From the NCBI RefSeq assembly GCF_964355755.1, contig NC_092672.1, forward strand, positions 38,198,437-38,262,436: DNA of 64,000 bases, written 5' to 3'. The DNA is from Antedon mediterranea. Lineage: Eukaryota > Animalia > Echinodermata. A program made the position numbers and the translations under genes. Below the pieces are notes generated by a model. It was not told the origin of the DNA, did no database searches, and saw only the letters and a list, made by a program, of their open reading frames with translations. Of this stretch, positions 1 to 13,900 are shown piece after piece. The first letter of the stretch is position 1; the number at the start of each line of letters is the position of its first letter.

Positions 1-1573
1 GCTTAGGATCGTAATAGGTTGTAATGTGGGCGTAGGTTTACCGCTTGAATGAAAACCACTTTAGCAAAGCTAAATGTGTCTTATATTTTGGGTTTCTTGG
101 CACGCAAAGCAACTCACAAAAGAATTGTTTCTATTCATACTGAAAAGAGTTTTTAAACTTAACTAAAGTTTTCACTTCACTTTTTTCCAAAATCACAAGA
201 TTCTAATCTTTTTGGGATTTGCCTTCGTCCATTTTCTTGTATTATCACTTGCCATTTTGTTTTTGTTACTTTTGTCTTCTGGACGTGAATAAAATGTTCT
301 TTGAATTGAATCATAATTATTTTACTTAACAATTTTAAATTGATAAAGTTTAAAGTGTTAATAATAATAATATGAAAAGAAATAGGACAACCACGAACAA
401 GCAAAAGCATTACAACTGTGGCGCCCTTTAGAAATAAAAAAAATATATATTTCAATAATATGCATGAAAGAATAGACATTTAGTGATAACAATTTATTAT
501 AGTACTGCAAGATAATAAATACTAAACTATAATAAATAATTTAACAAAATAGTAAGTGTGTAAATAATAATAAATAATGATGATTGTGACCTCCAGTCAC
601 GTGTAAAAGGCAAATAACAGAAACTTGTAACGCGTTATTGTGTCAAACGGTTTTAACTGAAATTTAATAGAAAAAATAAACAAGAATTAACATCAAAATA
701 CTAATTAAGCACTGTATTGTACATACTGATGATTTCTATAGTCAATTCCTTTATATAACATATAAACAATCTTATTGGCCTATTCTGCAGCTGCGCACTA
801 CTTGTGCTCAGTCAAGCGTAACGAACATAATTCTGCACGCCGTGATAACTCACATGGTCTATCCATGAAGAATTCTATATTGAAATATAAGTTTCCAATT
901 ACATAGCTAAACTAACTACACATGAACTACTAAAATGTTGATCACATAAACTACAATATCGTGGGTAAATCTACCACAGAATACGATGAATGTCAATCAT
1001 AATATATAAAGTTATAATATAATTAAAAGCTTCCAACTAATCTAGTCAGGCGAACAGCGCTAATCGCATCCTTTAGGCTAGCATAATGCTGTACACAATG
1101 GATGGTAACAATCAAGGATGATCGAAACTTAAACTTACAAAATAAAGAAAACTATAAAGTTACAAATACTAAATCTTACGTCATATGATTCCTAAGTTAT
1201 TAATTAAATGTATGATAATAATTAAATGCATATAAAAACATACATCTATCTGCGACTATGCCTTTTGGAATGAAACATGGTGAAGATGACTGCTCACTTT
1301 CGGAGAAAACAACACAGTAACCTCGGTAACATGAGAAGCAAGAAAGGTAATTTAAAAATAAAGTATGGGACGCCAAATGCGTCGTACTCAAGCTGTAACA
1401 ATGATAACATTTTTTCTCTGCAAATAAGACAGATTTTTTTTAAATTAATGATATATTTTATATATATATAAACAAATCAGGCAAAGAACATTAATTCTAA
1501 ACCGCCCGGTAATATACTGAAATTTAATTAATTAATTTGAAACGATAAAGATGAGGAAATCTGTGAGAATGAG

Positions 1574-1578
1574 AAAAA
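1574..1578 (-). terminator. RNA polymerase III oligo-T terminator of the tRNA-like gene
   Basis: AAAAA on + (TTTTT on -) 2 nt after the discriminator base. Confidence 0.55.
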
Positions 1579-1580
1579 GT

Positions 1581-1652
1581 CGCCCCAACCGAGACTCGAA
1601 CTCGGACCGCCTGCTTGATATGCAGATGTCCTACCCATTAGACCACTGGGGC
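1581..1652 (-). tRNA. tRNA-like gene, anticodon ATC (Asp); may be a tRNA-derived repeat head
   Basis: The reverse complement folds into a 72-nt cloverleaf: acceptor GCCCCAG/TTGGGGC, D arm GTCT/GGAC, anticodon stem TCTGC/GCAGG with loop ATATCAA, T arm CCGAG-TTCGAGT-CTCGG, discriminator G. A TTTTT run follows 2 nt downstream. Confidence 0.7.
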
Positions 1653-1875
1653 TTTCATGATATTGTTCGAACTCGATATATATATATTTTTAGATCGTCT
1701 GATTCCACACCTTCGAGAAACCTTGACGGCCAACATTGATATGCTTCAGATCTATAACAAGATCTATTTCGAGTGTTATAATCATGATATGAGTCGAAGG
1801 TGTGGAAACATCCATCAAGTTGACTTTGAACTTGAACAGCACTTTAGCTTCTGGTTGATCAACTCAACTCAACTT

Positions 1876-2091
1876 ATAATAATAATAATAATAATAATGT
1901 TCATTTTACTACAGCGCAAAATCAACAGAAAAAAGAAGAGCAAAAACTAAAGAAAATACAAATTAAAAAGGTGGGATTTCAGGAGTTGTTTGAATGTGGT
2001 GAGGGATTCAGCATTCCTGATATAATTTGGAAGGGCGTTCCAGAGAACAGCTGCTGACCACGAAAAGGCACGTTGTCCATAACATTTTGCA
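1876..2091 (-). mobile_element. L2/CR1-clade LINE, 5'-truncated 3' fragment
   Basis: The minus strand encodes AKCYGQRAFSWSAAVLWNALPNYIRNAESLTTFKQLLKSHLFNLYFL*, the typical L2 ORF2 C-terminus (G.RAFS...LWN.LP...FK..LK.HLF). A short 3' UTR and an (ATT)n tail follow. Confidence 0.85.
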
Positions 2092-2129
2092 TGTTGAAGG
2101 CCGTGAACTTACTTCGTTACGTCCGAATG

Positions 2130-3019
2130 GCGATTTTTTTTTCGTACATAAGTTGGGGACCCCTTAATGAAACGTCACAAAATAAACATGAATAATTCAT
2201 CAGTTAAATTTTCTTGTTCCGTGTGCACCCAAGCGTATAGCAACAAGAAGTGACACAACTGCGATACGATTCTAGGCCTATGGTTGCGACGTGCGATTTC
2301 ATAAAAGAATAGCGGCGTTTTGTGTGGATTTTCGAAATAATCAGCCTTTAGTTTATGATAGTGTTTTTAATATAATGTATTACTAAAGAATTACGTGTTA
2401 AAATTATAGTTTCTATTAATACTATTAGGCCTAATTATTAGTCTCTAAAGCCCATGTCTATTCTAGTAGTCTGTGTGGGTGTGACGTGTATGTTACTGTT
2501 AGGTATGACACAGTCCGAGTAATAAATCAGCAAAATTAAACAATTACATTACACAAAAATACATTTTTTATTCTCGTGGTTCTAATCTTTCCATCTCATG
2601 TGTTCATAATTTAACGCGCATTTTTAAAGTTCATTTGAGTTGAGTACATGCATATTGTTTGATAATAAAATAGCAGAATTAAAAAATTACAGTACACAAA
2701 TTATACACATCTTCTTGTGGGTCTAAGCTTTCTATGGGCTATGTCTAATTACTACTTAGTTGAATGTCTTGCCTAGCTGTCGATTAGCCTCGACACATTT
2801 TGCATAGGTTGGTGTGTGTGTGTGAAGAAGAGTGCGCGAAGGCAATCACATGAATTGACCTAATCCTAGGCCTAGAAAGAATCCTATCGCAGTTGTAATC
2901 ACTTGTTGCTATACGCTTGGGTACACACGGAACAAAAAATTTAACTGATGAATTATTCATGTTTATTTTGTGACGTTTCATGAGGGGTCCCCAACTTATG
3001 TACGAAAAAAAAAAATCGC
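2130..3019. mobile_element. Non-autonomous long-TIR DNA transposon (Mutator/foldback-like), 890 bp, 9-bp TSD
   Basis: ~150-bp imperfect TIRs (GCGATTTTTTTTTCGTACATAAGTTGGGGACCCC... / ...GGGGTCCCCAACTTATGTACGAAAAAAAAAAATCGC). Exact direct repeat GTCCGAATG at 2121-2129 and 3020-3028. No ORF. Confidence 0.85.
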
Positions 3020-4946
3020 GTCCGAATGCGAACCAAGCTTAACCCATTTCGTGTAAATGGCCAAATCACTTATCAAATACACCCTTTGTCCTATTGCAGA
3101 CTTTAAAAATTAACCTAAATAAATACTTTTTTATATTGAAACTTCTTTTTTCATTTTTCCTTTATTGCTTCTGACAAATCACTGCTGTATATTATACTCG
3201 CGTGCAATTTCGAGTAGTATTCGAGGGCACAAATGCTTTCAGGATTCAACTGATCATTGCACACATTTTACATACGTGCTAGGTAATGCAATAATAGTAA
3301 TATAATAAAACCTTTCTGGTCTGTTATCATAGGCCTACATTCCTGCAGCATCATCTGAGAATTTTTTTAAAAGATTGTTGTGCAGGCGTCGTCTGTTTTT
3401 GTTATACGTGTACTGGAAACTAAAACGAGTAACCTGGTTCTAGTACGCGAATATGATCTTATATATCTTATATTTCTGGATCTTATTTATGTTTTTATGG
3501 ATTTTATGAAACTAGATGATTGTATTCAACCTTAATAATGTTTCATCCCGTGGGAAATGAATAGCTTTTAAATTAATTTTAACTTGCTCATTTTAAATAC
3601 AATAGAAGTGTAAAATAACTATGTTATATTATGTACCTGTATATTTCATTATCTCATTAATACAGATAAATTTAGTAGTTTTATCTTTTGCATGTTTTAA
3701 ATTTGAAGTGCAATAAGCACTGTAATGAATTAAGTGTATACTATACTACTGAACCTAATATGCCCTGCGTGTGTAATTGGTTTTTCTCTTTCGTGAGGAT
3801 TTTACCCACATATATTTCTAGATAAGGAAATATAAATCCATGCCAAAGGCAAATTACTGAAAAAATGACAATGCTGTGGATATCAGTGGCTGGATTGCAA
3901 AATAGAGATACAAAAAAAAAGCGAAAAGCTAAATCAAAACGATAAAGTAAAATAAGATAAGAAAATATATGTATTTAGCAAAGCATAATTGTATCATATA
4001 AAGAATATATAAATATATGTACATGTTGTATAACAACATAGCAACCGACTGATGCATGCGTAGACGTGTTTTATGCTCTACATTGCGCGCGCGTTACTCA
4101 GACGCGTTTTTCTGTGATACTTTCAGTTGATGTTTTTCAAAACAACGAGGTTAGTTGGTGAATAGATATCACAATGTACTTCTAACTATTTCAATAAACT
4201 TATTGCTAATGATCAACATGATATTAAAATCACAGTGTTGCATAGGCCTACTGACCTAGATGTCGATGAACGAACAACGTGTGTGGACACAAATGAGTTT
4301 GGGCTACACGAATGTGTGCCAATAAAAAAATTGTCTAACGTTAAAACGCGTTGAAGTGTAAAGATGACGCTGTTTTAGCGTCAAACATCTCTTTCAAAAG
4401 TGATATAATTGTATTACTCTTATAGTGTCGATAATCCGTATCCTTACTTATTGAAATTAGTGTGCTATTTGTATGCGATATATTACTATTGAGTAGATAT
4501 ATCACTTTGTACTTTTCCACGTACAGTGGATCGGTTCCACATTATTAATTGGTAAATCCGAAACTCAGATACATGGGTTGTTAATAGATATCTTCATTAA
4601 TAACATTGTTACATGATCCTCTCTCACAAAAAATAAAAATCTGTATCAAAAGTTAAATTAAAATGTCATCTAACTTTCTTTTTTCTCAGTTATTTATTGT
4701 TTATTAAAATGTCATGGTGTTTCCAACCATTATGCAATGCGTAATTTTACTCCTTCCTATATATTGCACATTAATAATAACTCTTCCCGTCACTTTTACA
4801 ATATATTTACTTATTTTTCTAGAACACCAATATACATTTCCAGCTTCCTGTATAACGTGGCACTACATGTCGATTTGATTCTCCGTCTCTAAAAATAAAA
4901 TAAAAAGTAAAATATCACTAAATTGTCACTTGTTTATCTTTTACAG

Positions 4947-7900
4947 TCAAATGGCCATAACAAGAAAAATAGTTATGATATTAGAGTTGTGTACAGAGGC
5001 TTATGTAACCTACGTTATGGACTGGTATTGTTTATATGTATGTGGATGGGTTTGTGCAATGGTTTAGTAAAAGCATTCTCCTTTTGGTACATCGAAGCTT
5101 TAGGTACGTATTGGTTTTTTTCTACACTATCAAACTTTATGTGACAACAAAATGTGATGTGCTCATATGGACATGATGATGTCATATCACTACAATATTT
5201 GAGTGGGTATATTACTACCATTAAATGTTTGAGCACATCACAGATGTAGACAGAGCTTTAGATTCATAGTAAAACTTGATCGTATAGAAAAATACGCCTA
5301 TATTTAGAAAGCAATTTTCGCGCGCCCTCTATGAATGTTACAAACATTCAGTTGCTTTCATTTCCTTAAAAGCAAACGCATACAAATGTAATTCCATAAA
5401 TTGGTAACCACACAGTACCGTAATGTACGGGAAGAGTGATTGTAACTTGGTGGTATGATGTATAAAAAGTTCCGCTTCCGACGTCTGGATCAATCCTCTT
5501 CCGACGTCTGGATCAATCCATCTTCAAGTATTATTCAAGTATTATGTGTTCTGTATTCTGTGATGAATAGTGACAATTTCAGATATTACTGTACCAGTAA
5601 AATTCATAATCAATCAATTAATTCAAAGAATAAATAAAGATAATTATAATATAATAATTAATAAATCATTGATGATTTAAAGCTTATACAAATCAAGCGT
5701 CATTATCATATGTGTCATTGGTAATTCACGAAGCAGTTCTAGATTCCAAGCAACGTGCTTTGGAAGTAGATACTCTACATTAAATCACCTCTTAACGTAT
5801 TATAAATCACACGAAAACTATTATTCTATCAAGAGAAATCGCAATTCATTCAGCTTATAGTGTTTACGTTGTCTTAAATGGATACACGAACCTGTTATAT
5901 AAAATGATTTCGCTCATTAGGCCTAACAACTTGGTTTCATTTTCGATTAATGTTTACTCGCCATAAATGCGCAGAAAATCAACCAATAATGTTGAATGAT
6001 AACTCGTTATTTATTAGTATGTGTTTTCTATATAATAACAAATGATTACTAGGCCCACATTATATGGTCATCGCATGTCACTTGCTTAGAATAATAATAT
6101 CAATCTTGAATATTAAGTAAGTATACCTTTGTCGGCGGAAGACGTTGGTCGAATAATTCTCGAATTTGAATAGCGCCATAATATTAAGTAAATGTTGCAA
6201 GTATAGGCCTATTGCATTGAGCAAGTATAGGCCTATTGCATTGAGCAAGTATAGGCCTATTGCATTGAGCAAGTATAGGCCTATTGCATTGAGCAAGTAT
6301 AGGCCTATTGCATTGAGTAAACGACACATTAAGAGTGTAAGTTGCGCAAAATCGAGTAAACACAAAACGATATATCAACTATATAAAATGTAGTGTGTGT
6401 TATAGTTGATACAGAGATTTTTAATTCCAGTAGTAATACTCATTCGGCTAGTCCTTTTTTAAACTTTTAAACGAATTCAAACAGTAAATGCTGATTGATC
6501 GAAATTCAATAGCATTTTAGTTTAAAGTAAATAACATGTTAATATTTGACTTATATTCTGTTGTCTTGTAAATACAATGTCAATTTAAATTCTATAAATT
6601 TCTAGATTTCCAAGGACGTATCTCTTAATTAAAAATGACTCGGAAAATATACTCATCAAATTCATTTTTATTATTAATTATGACCTCCTACGCATTTTCG
6701 TGTCTAAAGTTACGACAGTGTAATCAATTGATGGTTATTCAAACTTCTGATTTGATGAATCGTTAGAAACGTCATACACAACATTTGACGCATGCGTACG
6801 ACTCTGATTTGTACGCGAGTTGTAGCGTGCGTAAAAACTCTGAGTTGTGTACGCGAGTTGACGCGTGCGTACAAATTCTGATTTGTACGCGAGTTGACGC
6901 GTGCATACAAACTCTGATTTGTACGCGAGTTGACGCGTGCGTACAAACTCTGATCTTCTGTACGTGAGTTGACGCGTGCGTACAAACTCTGATTTGTACG
7001 TGTTTACCTATATTTTTTTCCTTGACCGACTTTGTTAGCAATTTAAATAGTTCATTTTATTAATTATTATTATTATTATGTGATATCTTTATTTAAACAA
7101 ACAACATATAAATATAAATAACGAATATTAACAATTCTAGCAATGAAAGCTGAAATTAAAAACACAAAATGAACAACAAAAACATCAATATAAAAATATA
7201 AACAATTTCTGGAGAAAAAAAAACCAATCTTATTAATAAATTGGAAAATAGTGTTTTGTCGTATATTACCTAAGTAAATGATATTGCAAGGAACCTTACT
7301 AAGCAACACACACGTATGTCAACAATCTACTTGTGTATAGATTAGACGTTATGTTAATATACAAATTGGAAACATTTATGATTATGAATTATGCACACGA
7401 GACGTTGTAACTAAATACATTGGTTTTGAAGTCAGCCCTTGGGAGATGCTTGGAGAGCTCGCCGTGCGTCGAGTAACTTAAACGGTTATCGAATACACTG
7501 CAGTCTTCACATTGTTATTCCCAATAGCAATTCTTAGTATTGCTATTGAAATGTAAATTCAAACGTGTTCTGTTGAATGGAACCTACATTCCATTTTAAC
7601 CTAATTCGATGTTCGAAGAAAAGAAATCGTTTGTGATGTTCGTAGTACAGCTACTGTAGTCTTAACATTATTATAATGCTGGGACATTATAACAAACTGA
7701 GGCCTATTGTTGTATTCTCTCATTTGTCAGCAGTCGTTATTCAGTATTACTCCCCTAGCAAAATATCGAGAGCAATATACTTTAATTAAGAACCAATATT
7801 CTCATTAAATATGGTATAATGATTCTCATTTTGAAATGTTACCATGACAATACTACGCATTCACAAGACATTTTCCGAAGATTAACGTTGATGGCGCATT

Positions 7901-10900
7901 GTCCATAATCTTTTAATATTATATACAAAGAAAATAGAAAGAAACTTGCAGCTTGAAAGGCAGCTAATAAGATTGGTTTTGATTTCTCACCAAAATGTCT
8001 ATTTAAATTTGGTTCCCACACAGTACGCGACGCAAGTAATTTGACCAATCACAACGCGATGAACCATTCGAATTGCCACTTGACTTGCGTTGCGCGTACG
8101 TCCTTGCGTTACGCGTACGACCTAGCGTTGCGCGTACGTTCTTGCGTTGCAATCATGGCAAAATTAGTTTTGTCAGTTGATTGTTCTAATTTCAATCACC
8201 GCGCCATTTTTAGGAGTTTAAGTAACAAAAATGTTTTTTTTTTGAGTTGATGTATCTTCTCATATCTTTTTCAATTATTTGAAAAATAACTAATCACATG
8301 TCAACAGCATTCTTGTATATCCGCATACAAAGTTCAGTGACGTCATTGGTTATCGAGTAAGCGCATTCAAATTTTGTTTTACTTGTTTTCTATCAGAAAC
8401 ATATTAAATGGTAATCAATCATATTTTAAAAATGAAATTAAGAATTTTCTTAAACTCGAAGTATTGCGTGATGTCTTTACATTACATTTCTGTATGGTCC
8501 GTGTGGCAAATTCATTTATTCATTATTGATAAGTACAATATGTTAGTGACGTAATCATCTTATCAACGTCATTTCAAAATTATTAAAAATTCAAGTTATT
8601 ACTATTACTACATCGTTTTGACATTCTCAATCGATCAAGTACAGGCTTGTCATCGCTGAGTATTCATGATCACCTCTACCTTACTTGTTCGTGTGTTTTT
8701 TTATTATTTCAATCTATATAAAGAAAATTACTACATTCAGTAAACTAGTAACCTGTAGTATTACAAAAATCCATCCATTTTGAAAAATATCAGATAAGAA
8801 ATAAACCAAATTAATAAAGCAAATCCATATGAGAGACTACAAATTCTTTTTTAATAAACCGATCAAAAAAGATTGAGTTTTAACAAAAACCAACTTTTAC
8901 ATAAGATTTTAACAAACCAATCAGAATAACTTTTACAACATAAGTTTCACGAATCATGATAGCTTTTACAACATAAGTTTTACAAATCATAATAACTTTT
9001 ACAACATAAGTTTCACCAATCAGAATAACCTTTACATAAGATTTTAACAAACCAATCCGAATAACTTTTACAACATAAGTTTCACTAATCATAATAGCTT
9101 TTACAACATAAGTTTCACCAATCAGATTAACTTTACAACATAACGTTTACCAATTAGAATAATTTTTACCTAAGATTTTAACAAACCAATCAGAAAAGCT
9201 TTTACAACATAAGTTTCTCCAATCAGAATAGCTTTTACAACATAAGTTTCACCAATCAGATTAACTTTACAATATATGTTTTTAACAAACCAATCAGAAT
9301 AGCTTTTACAACATAAATTTCTTCAATCAGAATAGCTTTTACAACATAAGTTTCACCAATCAGATTAACTTTTACAATATATGTTTTTAACAAAACAATC
9401 AGAATAGCTTTTACAACATAAGTTTCTTCAATCAGAATAGCTTTTACAACATAAGTTCCACCAATCAGATTAACTTTTACAATATATGTTTTTAACGAAC
9501 CAATCAGAATAACTTTACAATATAAGTTTTTAACAAACAAACTTTTACTTTTACAATATTACAAGTTTTTTTAACAAACCAGCTTTTACTTTTACAATAT
9601 TATAAGTTTTTTTTAACAAACCAAATTTTACTTTTACAATAATTATTATTTTTTTTTTTGTCTTATGTAGGATCGACCCACTTTTATTTCTTCATCAATA
9701 AAATGTTCGTTTACAATGAGTACATTGAGCACATGAGTAATGTAATGATACAATACAATATAATTGACATTAACTAACTTTCAGTACAACTGATATCTCA
9801 CTCCTACCATTGCATTTTATATATAATAGTATAAGGAAAGAAAAAAAATTCCTCTATGTTATACACTCTTTACACGTTTTTCAATCCTTAACAATGTACG
9901 TATAATTTACCACAGAATTCTTAATTTTATAACTCTTTTTATCTCTTTCAGGCAATCAAAAAAAAAAAAGTTATATTTTACTTTACCTAAATATCAATTT
10001 TATAAACTTTAATTTTATACCTTGCTAAATTGTTACGGTCCATATCTGACCACATTTTTTTTGCCTTTTCTTTATTTATTAGAAACTCACAATTGATTAT
10101 ATCTTCTAACTCCGCAGTGAACATTAACCATGGACATTTTTTAACAAGTCCTAGTCTGTGTTTGACTTTATTTTTATAAACACAGAAAGTTAAAATGGAA
10201 AATATTTCATTAATTTTGACATCATATTTTCCAAGTAAAATTTTCTCCCATGTAACTTCCTGAGTAAATGCAAAACATGTTTTCAACATAGCGCAACATT
10301 TTACCCAGCAATGTTTTACTTCTTTGCATGTAAATAACATATGCTTTTCATTTTCAACCTCCTCATTACAATATTCACAATAATTACTGTTTGACAAATT
10401 CCATAATTTTAGCTTACACCTAGTTGGTAAAATTTTATGTAGCAACTTAAAATTAAAGAAAGCCACTCTTTTTATGTGCAACATACTCTTAACTTTGTTT
10501 TTCCAACATAGATTCCAGTCCAATAATTATTATAAGTTTTTTTAACCGACCATTACAATACGTTTTTAACAAACTACTACCGATATTCTGTTTGTTTTGT
10601 TAAAAAGACATTCTTATGTTAATAATACTTACTTAATGATACTTACTTAATAATACTTACTTAATAATACTTACTTAATGATACTTACTTAATGATACTT
10701 ACTTAATGATACTTACCTAATGATACTTACTTAATAATACTTACTTAATAATACTTACTTAATAATACTTACTTAATGATACTTACTTAATGATACTTAC
10801 TTAATGATACTTACTTAATGATACTTACTTAATAATACTTACTTAATGATACTTACTTAATAATACTTACTTAATAATACTTACTTAATGATACTTACTT

Positions 10901-13900
10901 AATGATACTTACTTAATGATACTTACTTAATAATACTTACTTAATAATACTTACTTAATGATACTTACTTAATAATAGTTACTTAATGATACTTACTTAA
11001 TGATACTTACTTAATGATACTTACTTAATAATACTTACTTAATGATACTTACTTAATGATACTTACTTAATGATACTTACTTAATGATACTTACTTAATG
11101 ATACTTACTTAATGATACTTACTTAATGATACTTACTAAAGGCGGCCTTTGCTACTACAAACCAGATACAATTTGAATTGAATTGAACTCTTTCAAATAA
11201 GATGTTTATCCTAGTTGACTATTCGTCAAACAATTGCTTAAAATTTACTACAATAGCGTTATAATGTTAGCGGTTTTTAGTACTTTGTATATTATTAAAT
11301 GTTCTTGTTTGTTGTTCTCAGTTTCGAATTCTTTTTTTTTTTTAATTTCACTAATGGCAGGAAACTACTATTTTTATCACAATTTCGGTCGGAGTATCAG
11401 AATATCTTTCATGATCTTAATAATGTGAGTTAACCAATAAAGTTACGTACTCGTACATACAACCAGAAGAGATAATAACTCACTTACGAAACGCTACTCT
11501 CGTAAAATTAACTCAACCCACATTGATTAGCAGTAAACAGGAACCATATAATTATTGGGTACCATTAATGGCTTTTGGCGGCAACTTCAATACATTAAGT
11601 ACATCACCAGTATGCTTTGGTGATAATGTATTTCACTTAATAATATTTCTATTGTGCTGAAGTTTAATGTAATTAGTTAATGTTATTTAATGAAGTTTGC
11701 TGTCGTATATTTTTTGATGGTGACTATTGACTTATAATTTAATAATATTATTAGCCACATGTAAATTTCACACGCGCGCGCGGATTATCCGTTATATGAA
11801 TCTTCTTGTATGCATTATACACATGTGAAAAAATCATTACAATTGTAGACTTATTAGTTTTATGCGCGCCACACGTAGCAACAGAGCGCGTGTATTATAC
11901 ATGACAATACAATTACAATATTATTACAGCATTAGTTTAATGCGCGCAAAGTACGAAATAACAGAGCGCGTGTATACTGTCACTGTTACGAGACATAAAT
12001 TGACATTGCAGAGCAAAAATTATCATTATTAACATAAACTCCGGAGTACAGGTTGGATGAAATAATTCTATAAATTAAAGAAAATAAGTTCATCCAGTTG
12101 GGCGTTTGAGAGAGAATATCAACAAATATACCCGGGTCGGCCGATCAGGACTTTTTGCAAAACAAACTTTATAACGAATGAAAAGAAAAACTACATTAAA
12201 AAATAGCTTTTACCAAACAAAATAATCATATGTGTAATTTGCTGATTGGCTACAGAAACTGCGTTTATCGATCGTTTAAAATCGGTCACATGACCAAATC
12301 CAATTACTATGGAAACCGGTTAACAAAATACTAAGACGTGTGACCCACATAATTGAAGATGAATGAATACTACTGATGTGATTGAGATTATAAATAACGA
12401 CTAATATTCGATAATATTAGGTTAATTAATGGTCATTAATGGTCATTAATACAATATTTTCATTTTATATATTTTAATTAATTATAGTTTAGTGTGTTTC
12501 TTCATTATTTTTTACTGCCATTATTTTCAGTGAAATTTGAAATTTTTTGAATTAAAAAAATCTTTCTATTAAAAGTACATTCAAAGAGGATGAATTTGTT
12601 TTTCTCTTAAACATAATTTTAAAAGATATTTAAAATAAAAAACACTTGATATTTTTAATAGAAAGAATCATCAACATACAATTATTGCTATAATTGTATT
12701 ATAGATAAACTCATAAAAAAAATTGTACCCATATCATTTATCTTAATCAAATATTGTATTTTGAAAATAATTATTATGACTATTTTTAAGAGGAGTTTCT
12801 TGTTGGTGATCACGGTACTCAAACACTGCTCGTACTAAAACTAATTTACTTGGTAGTACTTAAGTACTAGTACAAGTACATGGCGTGAGAACGTGTGATT
12901 GATAATAAGACAAATTGCAATGGATGTATTCACTGTCAATCCGCTGATGAATTGGACTTTGTAGGCAAAATATAAAAAAATATGTTGAGTAGAATGTTCT
13001 ATGAATAAACATGTACAGCTAGAAAACATCGATCTTGATGGTGTATTTATTTATTATTTATTTCATTGATTCCGACAGTACAAAATATTAAGACAAAATA
13101 GATACAAGACAATGCCGAGGAGGAGAATCGAGAGACAAAATATATAAGTACGCTTCATCGTCGTATAGCGAGTTATACTATCTTCTGCTGCCATTTATTC
13201 CTGTCGTGGGCTGGATGTGTCTCAATGGGGGTACGGTGAGGTGGGTGGGGGTGTAATTTAATACTGTTTTCAAGCCATCCTTTATCATTGTTGTCCATAT
13301 TTTCTTTCGTTTTCAAACTGTCGTTTTCTTCTAAAAACAAAAGCAATAAACAAAATGTTGTCACTCGTAAGCTGCTCTCCAATGTCTGGTATTGAATGCA
13401 ACAAACTCATAGCAACATTGGGGGACAATAACTATTATTATAGAAATCCAAAGGAGAATTGCTGAAAATGACAGTGCTGGATCTCAATAGTGATACAAAA
13501 GAAATAATCAGAAAGCTAAATCAAAACGATAAAATAAATCAGCCAGAAAGAGATTGTTGATCTATCGGATATCATTACACTAATCCTAAATCATATCCTT
13601 GCCCTGGCGGATTAGCGTTTATCCACCGCCGAAAGATTGACATTCTTTCTTGCTGCTTAACTTTATCGTTTTTATTTAGGTTTTGCTAATTTAATTATTA
13701 TTATATATATATATATATCCAGTAATCCATACCCACAGTCTTTTGTCAGTAAGTGGCCTTTTGACCAGGTCATTCGCAGGACAATCAATGGCACACAATA
13801 TACAATACTGTTCTAGTCATAAACACCTACGCAAACTATTAAAATAAGTGCAATTGTTTATAATGTAAAATTTTAAAATGTTTTATATCTTATTTTAGGT

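Noticed and set aside
6078-7041. Repetitive ORFs (KYRPIALS, YARVNSRT)
   Set aside because: Artefacts of 24- and 36-bp minisatellites whose units are multiples of three.
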